From the NCBI GenBank assembly GCA_951406725.2, contig OX597821.1, positions 31,186,001 to 31,250,000 of the forward strand: a stretch of 64,000 bases of DNA, written 5' to 3'. The notes beneath the pieces were generated by a model that saw only the letters and a program-made list of their open reading frames with translations, was not told where the DNA came from and ran no database searches. Each line of letters opens with the position of its first letter. Position 1 is the stretch's first letter. Of this stretch, positions 1-14,137 are shown one piece after another. This stretch comes from Octopus vulgaris. Taxonomy: Eukaryota. Made by a program: the position numbers and the translations under genes.

Positions 1-552
<552 letters not shown>

Positions 553-2127
553 ACTTATGTTCATATATATATATATATATATGTATGTTTGAATATACAT
601 GTATATGTGTATGTCTGTGTACGTGTTTATGCATACACGTACTTATAGGTTTGTTTTCCCAATCCGCTAACATATATCCATGAGTAAAATTTCCCCCGAA
701 GATAATTTCATGTTGAATACCCATGGGAGCTTTCTTGATGGAATATTTAACCTATTTAGATTTAAATTTGTACTCTCTATGGAGTCTTCTCTCTAAATCA
801 CAATCTGTTTCTGGTTTCTACATTCCCTATAACCGTTGTAATTCTTGACAGAATAATTCCAACAATAAATAAAAAAGAATCCCTAAAACATATGATCCAA
901 CTCATTCTGTTTATCATATATAGGTGATTGTCATTTTTAATTGTGTTAGCTTTCTTATTTCTATAACTAGACTTGTGTTGAAGCCCGAAATCAAGAACGA
1001 TATTTTGAGAATTCGTTGAAAATTTTTTCGAAATATTTAATTGTTCTGCTTTAATTGCAAAATTTACGCAATAAACATAGATACATACGCACGCACACAC
1101 ACACATACACACACATGCGTCTGTGTTTTGTGTAAAACAATGTATAGCTAGCTTAAAAGAGGATCATTGACCCACGACACGAACTAATAACATATGCCGA
1201 CTTATAATCTAATCTCACACCAAATATATGCAGTGTCACATTGACTTCAACGTACGTGACTTCAGCTGCATTGAAAGATTTAGCTGGAAATCCTATGCAT
1301 TAATAAAGTCAGTCTTTCCTTCCTTCGTTTAATGGAAACGAGAATGAATAGAATATAACGTAAAAAAGAAAATTCCCAAGAATATGAATACATTCCACAT
1401 ACAATAATGATTTCTGTTTCAATAAGAATACCATTTGGCAATAAGAGAACACAATCATTCGTTTTTTTCTGTTTTTCAATTCCATTGACGATGAAATATC
1501 GTAGACATAGATTACAGGATTTATGGCTACATATGTTTTATAAAAGCCAGATTAAGTTTACAAATACCTTTTATCCCATTAATTTATTCTTCTTATAGGA
1601 AAAATATGGTGTTCAGTGAATGGTTAGAACAAATTATATTCATTCATAGATCTGTTTAATAGCTATAAAAATTGAAAAGGATACAGTCAATCATGTATTA
1701 TATATGTTGTTTCAATATACTTATAATTAACACAGTAAGACTGCCTTGGCTGTAGTGCGCTGACAGTTCTATTATCCCATTCGACAAAGTGCTCAACGAT
1801 ATATCTTGAGATTCTTTCCTTTCTGAGTTCAACTTCCGCCGGTTTTCATGATTTGCCTTTCAAACATTTTGTGGTTGATAAGTGCGTGTTTAGTACTTGA
1901 TTAGTGCATTATTTGAAGAAGCGATAGTGGAGCGAATCGAACCCCGTATTTCTTATTTTTTAAACTGGTATTGTGTAAATCCTGTCCTTTCGCTGAACCA
2001 CTACATTACAGATACGCAAACACACCAAAGACTGCCATAAAGCTGTGGCGGAGGACAAAGACAGACAAATTAACAGACAGGAAACAGGCAGTCGCACAAT
2101 CGACCGTGCATATGTATACAGATTCAC

Positions 2128-2160
<33 letters not shown>

Positions 2161-2209
2161 ACACACAAACACACACACACACACAAACACACACACTTAG
2201 AATATACTT

Positions 2210-2325
2210 AGAATTTACAGAAAACAAAAGACGAAGACATGTGAAGGAACAACAAGCAGGTGTATTAATTTAACGCTCGGGAAGAATGGAAAAGTCTTTG
2301 ACGTTTTAGAGCCTACGCCCCTCGA
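2210..2325 (-). mobile_element. Partial copy of the 372-552/34135-34307 repeat family
   Basis: Shared aaaagacgaagac...ggaaaagtct...gagcctacgc. Confidence 0.6.
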
Positions 2326-2639
2326 GAGGAAGGGTTAAGTGGTTAAAATAAAAAAAAAAACGAGAGAGAAAAGAATGTATAGGGACTAACTGTTTGACAT
2401 GATGAAATGGCTGGAGTATATACAAACGACGGTCTTCTAAAAGCTTTTGTTTATGAAATGCACTCACAAGATTTTGATCGGGTTGGAAGAAAGCGCAGAA
2501 GACAAATGCCCTTGTGTGACGCAGTGGGATAGAACCAAAATGTGACAGAACCATAGTGGGATGGAACCAAAGGGATTCTTACCACAATCGATTAATTTAA
2601 ACATACACGAATATTCAATTATGTACATATATACATACT

Positions 2640-2820
2640 ACCACAAGACACCCGATATTGTTTTGTATATCTCCCTTTGAATTTGCGCGTCAGCAAAAGA
2701 CTTGATAAAATAAGCACCAGGTTAAACGATAGGTACTGGGCTCAATTCGTTCGACTAAAAATCCCCAAATAGGTCCCCCAGCGTGGCTGCTTCCAGTGAG
2801 TTAAACAAGTGTAAGTTAAA
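2640..2820 (-). mobile_element. SINE family C 3' part, decayed
   Basis: Reverse complement resembles 21760-21950. Confidence 0.55.
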
Positions 2821-2898
2821 GAATTTTTATCGGTGTATCTTTCTAGCATGTTCTCTATCTCTCTCTCTTCCACTCTCTCTCCCGAAGTCGCACTCTGT

Positions 2899-3250
<352 letters not shown>

Positions 3251-3490
3251 TACGTTTATTTTTGTATGTTAAGGGAGTGTATCGAAGAGACCGCCAAGTC
3301 CGCTATTGGCTGACTCCTTGTACACGTAACAATACATGATTTGTGGATGCGGCAGCAGCTAGCTAAGCAGCATTGTGTACTTCTGCAGTTTTGAGTTGCG
3401 TTCACTTACGACGTTGTCACATTGCAGACATTCTTACAGTGTCAGCGACAGCAGTGTACGTTATCGGCTTATCAAGTTATTACTTATCGT

Positions 3491-4010
3491 TATGGAAGTT
3501 GAAGAAGTTTTTGTTCGGCTTGAGGGTGAAGGACCTGTTGAGAAATCTGCAATAGCAGTGGGTGAGGCAGACATCGCTCAGCCAGAAGTCTCAGAGCATG
3601 TGACTCCACTTGGAAAGCTAGTTTGACCATACATCAAGGGATAAGAGGAAAGCCAAAATCATCTACTTCCAGTGCGTTATGTGCTAGCCGAGAGAGTCCA
3701 CTATGAAGGGATAAGCGACAAGCCTCTACATCTTGAAATTGCATGTCAAGAGGAAACGTCCAAAGCATGCAATCCAGTTTGGAGATAGGAACCAATCCGG
3801 CTATTCTCGTGGGAAAACACAGGCAATCTTATAGTAGCAGTGTCAGTAGCCAGTCATCGCAGCCAGGTGGAAAGAAAGCACGCCAGACCAGCATTGGCAA
3901 GGCATTTGACCAAAATGATGGTACTGGCGTCCGTTAGTCTATGGTGGGCAGAGGGATTGCTGACCAGTTTGTCGACAACATTCTACCACTGCATATAACG
4001 GAGGCTCCCA
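3491..4010 (+). pseudogene. Decayed hAT-type transposase N-terminus with BED zinc finger
   Basis: Across frames with stops: V*PYIK...KIIYFQCVMC*PRESTMKG*ATSLYILKLHVKRKRP (BED-like W..C-x2-C..LK.H) followed by QFVDNILPLHITEAP. Confidence 0.6.
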
Positions 4011-4077
4011 CCCATGATACTGAACCTCAGCAAGACGTTGAAGTGCCGCCGCAGCCTGAGCAGGTATTTTTCAATAA

Positions 4078-4309
4078 GGCGGTGAGGTGGCAGAATCGTT
4101 AGCACGCAGGGCGAAACGTTTAGCAGTGTTTCGTCTGCCGTTACGTTCTGAGTCCAAATTCCGCCGAGGTCGACTTTGCCTTTCATCTTTTCGGGGTCGA
4201 TTAAATAAGTACCAGTTACGCCCCAGTGCGTAATATAATCGACTTAATCCGTTTGTCTTTCCTTGTTTGTCCCCTCTCTGTTTAGCCCCTTGTGAGTATT
4301 AAAAAAATG
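4078..4309 (+). mobile_element. tRNA-derived SINE family A
   Basis: A-box-like tggcagaatcgttagc, B-box-like gagtccaaattcc, central gcctttcatc.ttcggggtcgat; flanking direct repeat ggtatttttcaat (4063/4310). Confidence 0.9.
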
Positions 4310-4480
4310 GGTATTTTTCAATTAAAATAATACTGCATAATTTATACAAGTTTACTATTATCGCGTATCTAATATTTTCTTAATTTAATTTAATCTTTTA
4401 ATTATTTATTAAATAATTATTTTCTTATTTAATATAATAAAAATATATAATACCTAACTGAAATAAATGTCATAATATAT

Positions 4481-4534
<54 letters not shown>

Positions 4535-4689
4535 CATATATATACAACTTATGAATAAGGGCAAACGAAAAAATTTCTAATGCCAAATATGCCGAAAATT
4601 GGACATAGTGTCCATTTACCATATAATTCTTTTCCAGTACGCACGCTACTCGAAAAAGGTCGACAGAAATCTCTAAAAAATTCCATTAT

Positions 4690-4748
4690 TACCATATCGG
4701 ATCGATTTCAGGGTTAGTTCAAAAAGAACCATCCCTTCGTCAGTGATA
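4690..4748 (-). ncRNA. Type I hammerhead ribozyme in a PLE pLTR-like element (about 4545-4900)
   Basis: Minus strand UAUCA CUGACGA AGGG-AUGGUUC-UUUUU-GAACUAA-CCCU GAAA UCG-AUC-CGA UA| UGGUA; stems I, II and III all pair. Confidence 0.8.
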
Positions 4749-5009
4749 CATGTGGCAAAGAAGTAAATGAATGCACAGCCAAATCATTATTTTCAAGTTG
4801 ATAACGAAAACTACCAAGCCTCAGTTCGGAACTTATAAAATTCCGACCATCATTCCACCTCCGATCTCAGATATTCATATCTCGCTCCACCAACGCGTCA
4901 CGTATCAGGGTAGTTTCAATAATTTCAATAATTACATAATCTGATCGTACATAAAATTGAAAAATCAAGCAATTATCTAATATGATAGCATAATTTTACA
5001 ATAATTTCA

Positions 5010-5033
5010 ATAGTAGTAGTAGTAGCAGCAGTC

Positions 5034-5127
<94 letters not shown>

Positions 5128-5128
5128 C

Positions 5129-5164
<36 letters not shown>

Positions 5165-5186
5165 TGTAGTAGTAGTAGTAGTAGTA
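5010..5186. repeat. (TAG)n trinucleotide microsatellite
   Basis: Direct reading. Confidence 0.98.
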
Positions 5187-5748
5187 AATCCCGTTTAAAG
5201 GCAATGAAAAAAATTAAAACTTTCTCTATACAGTGCAAAGTACAATACTTTGAAAGTCTGATCTTTTAGATATGCCATGCATTCCAGGTAGAACAGAATA
5301 TTTTGGATATTTAAAATTATGCTACAATATTTTATGTGCCAATTCTTATGACAGATTCTCACAAGCTTAATTTGAAATATCTCATTTTATAATCGAAATA
5401 AATTACAATTAATTCTTGCTAAGTCTGCTGCAAAAAGCTACAATTATTTATATTTATTTAACATTTACTTCATAAAACTTACTCTGTTAAAACAAATGAA
5501 TACAAATATTCGTTCATGTTCGTACGTGATTGTCATCTGATTTCAATTTCGTGCAGAAACAATTACGTAAGTAATAATTTTACAAGTCTAACATTAAATA
5601 TATTTTAGAAATTGCGCTCATTAGTTGATGATGGCTTGTTTGCATGCAGTTTATTAACCACTCGTTATATATTATAAACTGCTACAATGTATATTATGAA
5701 TATTCTTAAGCACAAATCTTATATATAATGTTATATTCATAAAAAAGA

Positions 5749-6118
5749 GGAGGCGCAATGGCCCAGTGGTTACGCGGTCGTAGGATCGCGGTTTCGATTC
5801 CCAGACCGGGCGTTGTGAGTGTTTATTGAGCGAAAAACACCTAAAGCTCCACAAGGCTCCGGCAGGGATGGTGGTGATCCCTGCTGTACTCTTTCACCAC
5901 AACTTTGTCTCACTCTTACTTCCTGTTTCTCTTGTACCTGTATTTCAAATGGCCGGCCTTGTCACTCTGTGTCACGCTGAATATCCCCGAGAACTACGTT
6001 AAGGGTGCACGTGTCTGTGGAGTGCTCAGCCACTTGCACGTTAATTTCACGAGCAGGCTGTTCCGTTGATTCGGATCAACCGGAACCCTCGTCGTCGGAA
6101 CCGACGGAGTGCTTCCAC
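5749..6118 (+). mobile_element. tRNA-derived SINE family B, tail type 1
   Basis: ggaggcgcaatggcccagtggtta A box, ggtttcgattccc B box; TSD attcataaaaaa (5735/6119). Confidence 0.9.
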
Positions 6119-6569
6119 ATTCATAAAAAAAACATAAATCTATAACACGAAATACGCCGATCATACACACACACAAACACACACACACACTCACACACAT
6201 ATCAGTTAGACAACGCCGTGATTTTGCAAACGTGTTACGATAGCGCATGCTTAGTAAAGTTGCTTGAATTCATTACTAATTTCTGGATACATAATACATA
6301 ATCTGACCGTACATAAAATTAAAAATCAAGCAATTACCTAATATGATAGCATAAAATGAATTTCTATAGCAGTTACACTTCCAAATATTGCAACAATACT
6401 ACCGACGTTAGCACCAGCACAAACTGTGCATCTATGCAAAAACTCACCCTACGTGGGACAGCAGCTAATTCCAATAAAATAACTGCACCTTCCATTACAT
6501 ACCTCATCGTTTTAAATATCTAACTTAAAGTTTTGGGTCTAAAGGTGTCTACCAATTATATTTACAAAA

Positions 6570-6800
6570 GGCGGCGAGCTGGCAGAAACGTTAGCACGCC
6601 GGGCGAAATGCGTAACCGTATTTCGTCTGTCGATACGTTCTGAGATCAAATTCCGCCGAGGTCGATTTTCCCTTTCATCCTTTCGGGGTCGATAAATTAA
6701 GTACCAGTAACGCACTGGGATCGATGTATTCGAGTTAATCCGTTTGTCTGTTCTTGTTTGTCCCCTCTGTGTTTAGCCCCTTGTGGGTAGTGAAGAAATA
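6570..6800 (+). mobile_element. SINE family A
   Basis: Homologous to 4078-4309; TSD tatatttRcaaa. Confidence 0.9.
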
Positions 6801-8868
6801 TATATTTGCAAATGTAGGACTGTATTGCTTCGATTTTGAACGTTTTCATATTTGCTGCGTAATCTTTAATCCGTCTCTGCTCCTGTTGGTTCTAAGTACC
6901 AACTTGTAAACCATTGAACATTACCGTGATATAATTTGTCCTGAAGGAAAATGTCAAGTGGAGGTAAAAAAAAAACTGTAATGCTATAAAGATTCTTAAA
7001 ATGATTGCGTTGGACATTAAACCTGATACAATGATTATTTTTCAGGATAGAAACATAACCATACTGAAAGCCATAAAGGAAATGCTATCGTAGGAGTAAC
7101 AGTGACAATAAATTTTAAAATAGGTCACGTGTTTTTGCAACTACACCGTAAAATTATGTGTGTTAGTGTGTGCGTGTGTGTGTGTGCATGCGTGTCTGTG
7201 TATATGCGCGTATGTCTGTGTGTGTGTGTGTGCACGCGTTCGTGCGACCGTGTGTGTATTTTCTTTTATAATTGGATGTGATGCTTTTATGAAAGAACAC
7301 TTGAAATTGCAAGCTGATTATCAGAGTTAATATAATTGTTATTCACGCAAACGTTGCACATAATTACGTTGATATGTTAAACAGAAAACAGAATGTGTAA
7401 ATAGCGACGGAAAATTAACAAGCTAGTACAGCTGTGTGCTGAACATTTAACAGGAATAACAATTTTTAGTGCATTAACATCACATGCGAATTAGACATAA
7501 TTGATACAGTGTCTGTTTCTACCAATCCCGAATGATGATGAATGTTATTACTGAAGGAGATTAATTAACAAAACAAATGCAAAAGTTAGCTAAAAAATTC
7601 AGTTAAATTCTTCATTCTTGTAGAAGAAAATCATACTGATAATAACAGTAAAGGACCCAGTCGTTCTCTTTCTCTTCATAGCTCCCAGTGCAGTGCCACC
7701 TATCATGCAAAAATGAACATTATTTATGATGTGAGAGCTTCAAAATAAGATATGGTCAATTACTTATTTATTCCCTATTGTATTTCTCTTCTCTGTTCTT
7801 ATAACTTATACGTCCTTCCTGATGCATTTTCACTTGGCAAAGTAGTTATGTTGCTTTTATGCTCTTCTTTCTGTTCAAAAAATTGCATACGTTTGCATTT
7901 CTATTTCAATTTACAACATCGTATGTAATGGTAAGATAAGAATTGCATTTCCCAATTCTGTAGTAACTCAAGTATTTTTTTGTAGCGACGCAAAGATCCG
8001 TATATGTTTTGATACGTGTGTGCGTGCGTGGGTAGAACCACTTATTAGGTATGGTACTCACGTCTCCATGGGTCTGGATCACGGACCCGGCGATGCGTTG
8101 TGTTCTCCATGAAATCAATTTGTCTTACGTGCGGCCGCAAACAATCTTTTGATCACTGAATCATAGTCTTTCATAAACTAATATCTTGTTTTTTATTCTT
8201 TGAATTGAAACAGAAGAATAAAGTTTTGTTTTCGTCCATGTTTGTACTTTCGTAAGCAACACCCACAAGTTAAATAGGAGTTCTGGTTTTTGGGTTTCTT
8301 TACTTCTTTTTGTTAGTCGTATGGCGCCCCCACCAATATAATAAAATAATTTAACTGATGTAAAATGGTGTGTGTCTTCAAGGTCATTAAATCTGTCTTA
8401 CAATATTTCAGTAGTGCCCTGTTTGAAGAAGCATCAACGCTAGAAATGTAATCTAAAATAGTAATCTTAAGCGGAAATCTTAAATAATGTCATATGAACA
8501 AGAAAACTGGCAAACTAATGATAGTGTGTGATATAGAAATATACGTTACGACGCATAATCAATATCAACAAATTTCTATCTTCGTGTTGTTATTGTTATC
8601 ATTACATTTATCCTAAGAGGAAAAGCATTCCAAATATATACCCATAATATGGGATTACACAGGAGATGGAATTATCATGTGGTAGACGACAAGAAGCAGA
8701 GGAGCTTTTAAAAACGCATCGCTACCTTTGCTCAAATTAACATAAGCAGACATATACATACACACACAGGCACATATACATATGCATATACACACACGCA
8801 CATACATATATATATATACGTATACATACATATGTATATACGTATACATATATATGTATATATATATA

Positions 8869-8941
<73 letters not shown>

Positions 8942-9801
8942 ATGTGTGTGTATGTATGCATATGTGTGTGTTGGTATCTGGGTATATGTGTGCCTTTAGG
9001 TCTATGCGTTTATACGGAGATATTTTGAGCTGTTTCTTCAATATTATTTACTTTACGTGGTGAAAATCCTGTTCGGCGATATTTCTTTGTACATTGACAA
9101 GTTGTATTTTACTTCATATTATTTTCTAATTCGGAGTTCTTCTCTGGAAACAGTTTATATTTTTGAAGGTGTTTGTTTACTATAGAATATACAGCATATT
9201 CAGTTTTCAACAGGATCTTACTGTCAGTGATTGATGAGATTAATCCCAAAATATCTATTTCTCAATTATCCCATTGGACATCCCACCTCATGTCTTAGAT
9301 AATCAAATTTTAAATATTCGTGTTTTCGTCGTGGATTTCTCTTGATATTAAAGATAGTCTGTCAATGATATTTAATGCAATGCCATAAAACTAACAGATA
9401 CTATCATTTACACCATAAAATTTTAATTCCTTTCATTTACGTTGAAATCTATGATATTTCGGCACTTGCATCTAAGATACCCTAATTAATTATTTTATAA
9501 CTATCGATCAACCTATGACGAAGAAATGGCGTCACTCGATAACAGCATGTCTATAATTATACAAAATTTACATTTAGATAATAACTACTTATATGCATTT
9601 AACCACGAATAACCTACTTACGATTTCTGGAAAGAAAGCAATTAAAGAAATTAGCATAGCATTGGGATATGTGTCGGTAAAAAGATCGTCGAGAAATTAC
9701 ACCGATATTATGTAAGCGGGGAACTGATATCGAAGAAAGACCAATTTTACAAGAGAAAAAAAACTGCAAACATCCAGTAGAATAAAATGCTAGAACTTGA
9801 C

Positions 9802-11000
9802 TTAATTTCCCCTTTGTATTAAAAGGGAAAAGCGTTTAGAATGAAATTTGTCCCTGTACTCGAACAAACTTAGGGAAAATAATAAGAGTTTAAAACTTAG
9901 TTTCGATTGTACGTGGAATATGATATGTATTGACACGAAGAATCTGACGAAAAGTAAAAAGTATAGTGTGTGAAGAGGCGTATGGATGTACATTATCTCA
10001 ATCAGTTCTGCAACAATGAAGGCAAATGGTTACGTTGCTGAATTCACTTCTACGGAATTTACAGATTGCAATTCAAAATGAATGGAAATAAGTTAAAAAG
10101 CAATTTAATATTTACTACTCCACCTTGCAATATGATCATTCAGCAAAACATTATGCACGTAGCAAGTAAGCAGTAACAATAGGAATCCGATTGCACTTTA
10201 AATGTGGGCAGGCTGGTGAATTCCAGAGAAAAGTGTGAAAACTCATGATAACCGAAATAAATCTTAGAACAACAACAAACAGAAACGAACAAGGAATATA
10301 AATAAATATCATTGCTCCTAAGGCGAATATATGATGTGAGCAAGAAATGCTCAAATCTATCCAATACAAGTGCGAGACTCGAACAAGTACATTCAATCAC
10401 TATAATTTACCCATGTAACTCTGAAAGCATATTGTCTTAACTAATAGAAAACTGTGTGCATATACATGTCTGAGAACTATGAGCATCATCTTGATTTCGA
10501 CTTCTTAACACGTTTTCTTCTCATGAAATATTATCCTCAGCTACAGTAACATATAGTTTGCAAACTAAATTTAGGCTATAAAAGAAAATTATAATATGCA
10601 AGAAGGACAAGTGCAGAACAAGTGCAGACTCACAGTTTCAACAACAATAGTGTTCCGATTACATACACATGACTTCCGACCGACACTGAATTGGTTACAT
10701 CACATTTCTATAAAATAAAGACATATCATATATCAAATGAAGTTAGAGGAATATGGCCAAAGCAATCACGAAATATTGCCAAATAAAATCATTAAATCTT
10801 TAACAAGCAACACTAGTACATTCAAAGTGCAACACAATTGACATTAAAATGTACAAATACATCAACGAAAACACTGCAGAAGAAAAAATGTTAACATTCC
10901 ATAGATGTTTATCGAAACATTCGCGATACGTGTTGAAAATATAATAAATATAGTAAATTAAATAATAATGAGGTACACCATGAAAAGACAGAGTTGTCAT
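9802..11000 (-). pseudogene. Decayed TLC (TRAM/LAG1/CLN8)-domain membrane protein gene, TLCD4/TMEM56-like
   Basis: Collinear hydrophobic segments: DKHLWNVNIFSSAVFSLMYLYIL; ALAIFL*LHLIYDMSLF; HHIFALGAMIFIYIPCSFLFVVVLRFIS; LYFLLFVRF. These recall TLC motifs K.WN...S, Y..YD, HH-x22-R and F..R; in-frame stops present. Confidence 0.5.
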
Positions 11001-11179
11001 TAGCTCATGTAATACTCATCAGATGTTTGATGACCAGAACTTTGCAGTCTGGAACTCTGGTAACTGATTTCATCACGGCAAAAGAATTAGAGCATAAACA
11101 CACCGTATTACAACACATGCCTAAACAGTTCATTGGCTGACCAACGTTCTCTCATGGAATGTGACAAAATGAGGATCAT

Positions 11180-11830
11180 TTTTCAGTACAGTCCAACTTG
11201 CTGTCCACACACTTCTTCCGTCGGTGACAGTGATTGAATCATATTGGTGAAGAAGCTAAGATTATTTTGGTTTAAAATGTCATCAACAATAGATATGATG
11301 TCATTGACACTGCGGCACTGCTTCCCAGTCATATGTTGTTTTGTAATTCATTTTCCATATTCGGGAAGCAGTGATAGTCATATGGTGCCAATCAGGTGAG
11401 TATGAAGTATAATCAACCAGTTTGAAGACTCTGTCATGCACAGCAGCCATTGAAAGCAATGACTTGTGTGCTGAGGTATTCATTCTTTTGATGAAACGAG
11501 ATCCCTTTTCTCACTTTCTTGGGTCATAGACTTTCGTAACTGTCTTAGTAAGTCTGTGTAGTCCCCTTCATTTATGGTGTGGGCATTTTGAAGATAGTCA
11601 AGAAACAACGCTTAATATGTTATAAAATGTGGAGGCCATCACCTTCCTTGCACATGAAACGGCCTCAGCCTACTTTGAAACAGATGCTCTTTGTCTATGG
11701 TTCCAAGTGAAGAAGCTAACACTGACTTTGGCTTAGTAAACTGTCAAGGAAACTAGCTGGATCGGCTTGGAACAATATCAAATTTCCCGGTTCTGTGATA
11801 AGTGAGCTGCACTTTACACAAATGCCAAAA
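11180..11830 (-). mobile_element. Decayed mariner transposase C-terminal region
   Basis: ORF 11301-11483 contains VDYTSYSPDWHH, a derivative of the HPPYSPDLAP motif. Confidence 0.7.
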
Positions 11831-12024
11831 TGATTAAATAATTGTTGAAACAGAGAATTTCAGTATATGGAGATTGGTAGGTTATTATGTTTTAAGGGGA
11901 ACAAAAGTCAATGCGACGAGTCAAGTGAATACATCATGCTTCCCAATATTATGGGAATAGTATCCCTTAATCTAAGGGAGAAAATCTTTATCGTAAAACC
12001 ATAACAGAACACATATAAATATTG

Positions 12025-12236
12025 ATTTCATATTCTAGCAAAAGACCTGCAGTTTATGGGGAGGGGATAAGTTGATGTAATCAACCCAAGTACTTTACTG
12101 GCTCTAATTTTTATTGACCCCCGGAGGAATGACAGGCAAAGCCGACCGCAGCGGAATGTGAACACAAAACGTGAAGACGAACGAAATGCTGCTCAGCAGT
12201 TCGTCCGGCGTGTTAACGATTCTGGCAGCTCACGCC
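12025..12236 (-). mobile_element. SINE family A, older copy
   Basis: Reverse complement of family A head and core. Confidence 0.75.
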
Positions 12237-12321
12237 CATAAAAGTATGCTGATAAATATTACCAACATGTTGTGCAGTACATGTAAAATGTGGAGCACGT
12301 GCTTATGAAGTTTCTGTACTC

Positions 12322-12376
<55 letters not shown>

Positions 12377-13222
12377 TTGAGAGTTTAAGAAGGCTTGTAT
12401 TTATTGGAATGATCAATTAAAAATGATATAGATATAAATAACAATCGCAAAGCCTTCATTTGTTGTGCGTTTGACTATTGGAAAATCTATTATCAAATGA
12501 AAAGCACCTAAAAATCCGTTGATATTACCATTCATACCTCAGTCTTTACACTGATATTGCTTAGATGTAGTACTGGAATTCTTTGGCATCACGTTTTCAC
12601 AGGCTTATCTGTCCTAATAACGACATGGACCAGGACGTCTGTCAAAAAAAAAGTACATATTGAATATAACATGTCTAGTGAAGTCCCGGAAGTAATGAAT
12701 GTTTTCAGATGTCATTGCTCTACACATTTTTATAAAATTATAAAGCTCGGTTATATGAAGTGTTAATGCATATATTATAAAACAATATTTTCTTCTTTTT
12801 CTTCAGGCCTAACAGCTATTTGCGGCTTCAGGCAGTTACTTATGATATAATAGCTCTACGTAAAATAAATGAGAAACTACATACTTGTAAGATAAAAAAA
12901 AAAGAAAAGCAATTCATCAGAACTCTAGAAGATAACGGCAGACAAGACAAAATATATTACGTACGCTACAGATAAATGACGATGTAATTCTTTGGTTCTA
13001 TTTTTATACTCCATTCTGTAGGCTATAAACGTTAATAGAGGAATAACATTTGAGTAACATTCGTTGCTTCCTAGTATAAGTATCTACCAATTTAACTACT
13101 TAATTTAGACAACAGACAATAGACAGCAGTCCTGTTTATATTTCCAACTCAATCATATATATATTTTGAGTTCATATCCTTTACGAACATGTGAAAGCAC
13201 ACACAAACTCAGATATTTATAT

Positions 13223-13962
13223 ACACACAGATAAGCAGGAAGTAAATAGACACCTTTAATTTTCAAAATTTCTGATCTAAACGTCTTAATATGTTTTCAG
13301 CGGTGTAGAATTTACAATGTAATTATATTTTTCATTCCCGGTGCCATTATATTAAATATCTGAAGCTGGTCTTAGCAAGCGAAAACTTGCCGGAAAATCT
13401 TCAAATTCCTCTTGCTACTGTTAATAGAATTATAGTGCAATTCAAAAGCGAAAGAAAGGAATCCACAGATACTTATCTCGGCTGACCTGGGCCCTCGGAA
13501 AGGAAGCTTCACTATTGGAAAAGAATTGTGGAAAACGAACTCCGTCCGAAGGCTTCTGACATTGCAAAACAGCTAGGAGTTAGTCAAAGAACGTCTGTTA
13601 CATATCTGTATAAGCTTTGGAATTATGGATGAGCAGCTACAAGAAAAACCCTTCTTCAAGCAGTTCATATCATGAAAAGAAAGAAATGGGCAAAGAAGGT
13701 TTCAGAAACATCCAGTTAATTTTCATATGAATCCAGATTTGCATTATCTTCAGACATTAGACGTGTTTGGGTCTGGAGGCTTCCTAATCGAGAATTTGAT
13801 TTGAAACGACTCCAACCAACTGTGAAACGTGGCGGTAAATCTGTAATGGTATGGGGAGCTGTTACCAAGAATGGTCGTTCTGAGCTGATGGAATACGTTG
13901 GAACCATAAACTCAGAATAATACGTCAAAATACTTAATCAAGGACTACTTCCGAGGTTCAAC
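13223..13962 (+). mobile_element. Truncated Tc1-like transposon
   Basis: FSYESRF...RVWVWR...[18 protein letters not shown]...GTINSE*YVKIL; TA-CAC terminus at about 13222. Confidence 0.8.
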
Positions 13963-14083
13963 TAAATAGGAAAATACCTGTAAATGAAACAAACACTACG
14001 ATATCCTATTCACAAGAGTATTAATGTTTTCACAATTCCATTTCACTGATATTGAATATTAAATTTAGCGTACATGCGTATAA

Positions 14084-14132
<49 letters not shown>

Positions 14133-14137
<5 letters not shown>

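Noticed and set aside
4996-5238. Poly-Leu and poly-Tyr ORFs
   Set aside because: Translations of the (TAG)n microsatellite
5749-5815. tRNA-like sequences here and at other SINE heads
   Set aside because: They continue into SINE bodies, often with TSDs; not tRNA genes
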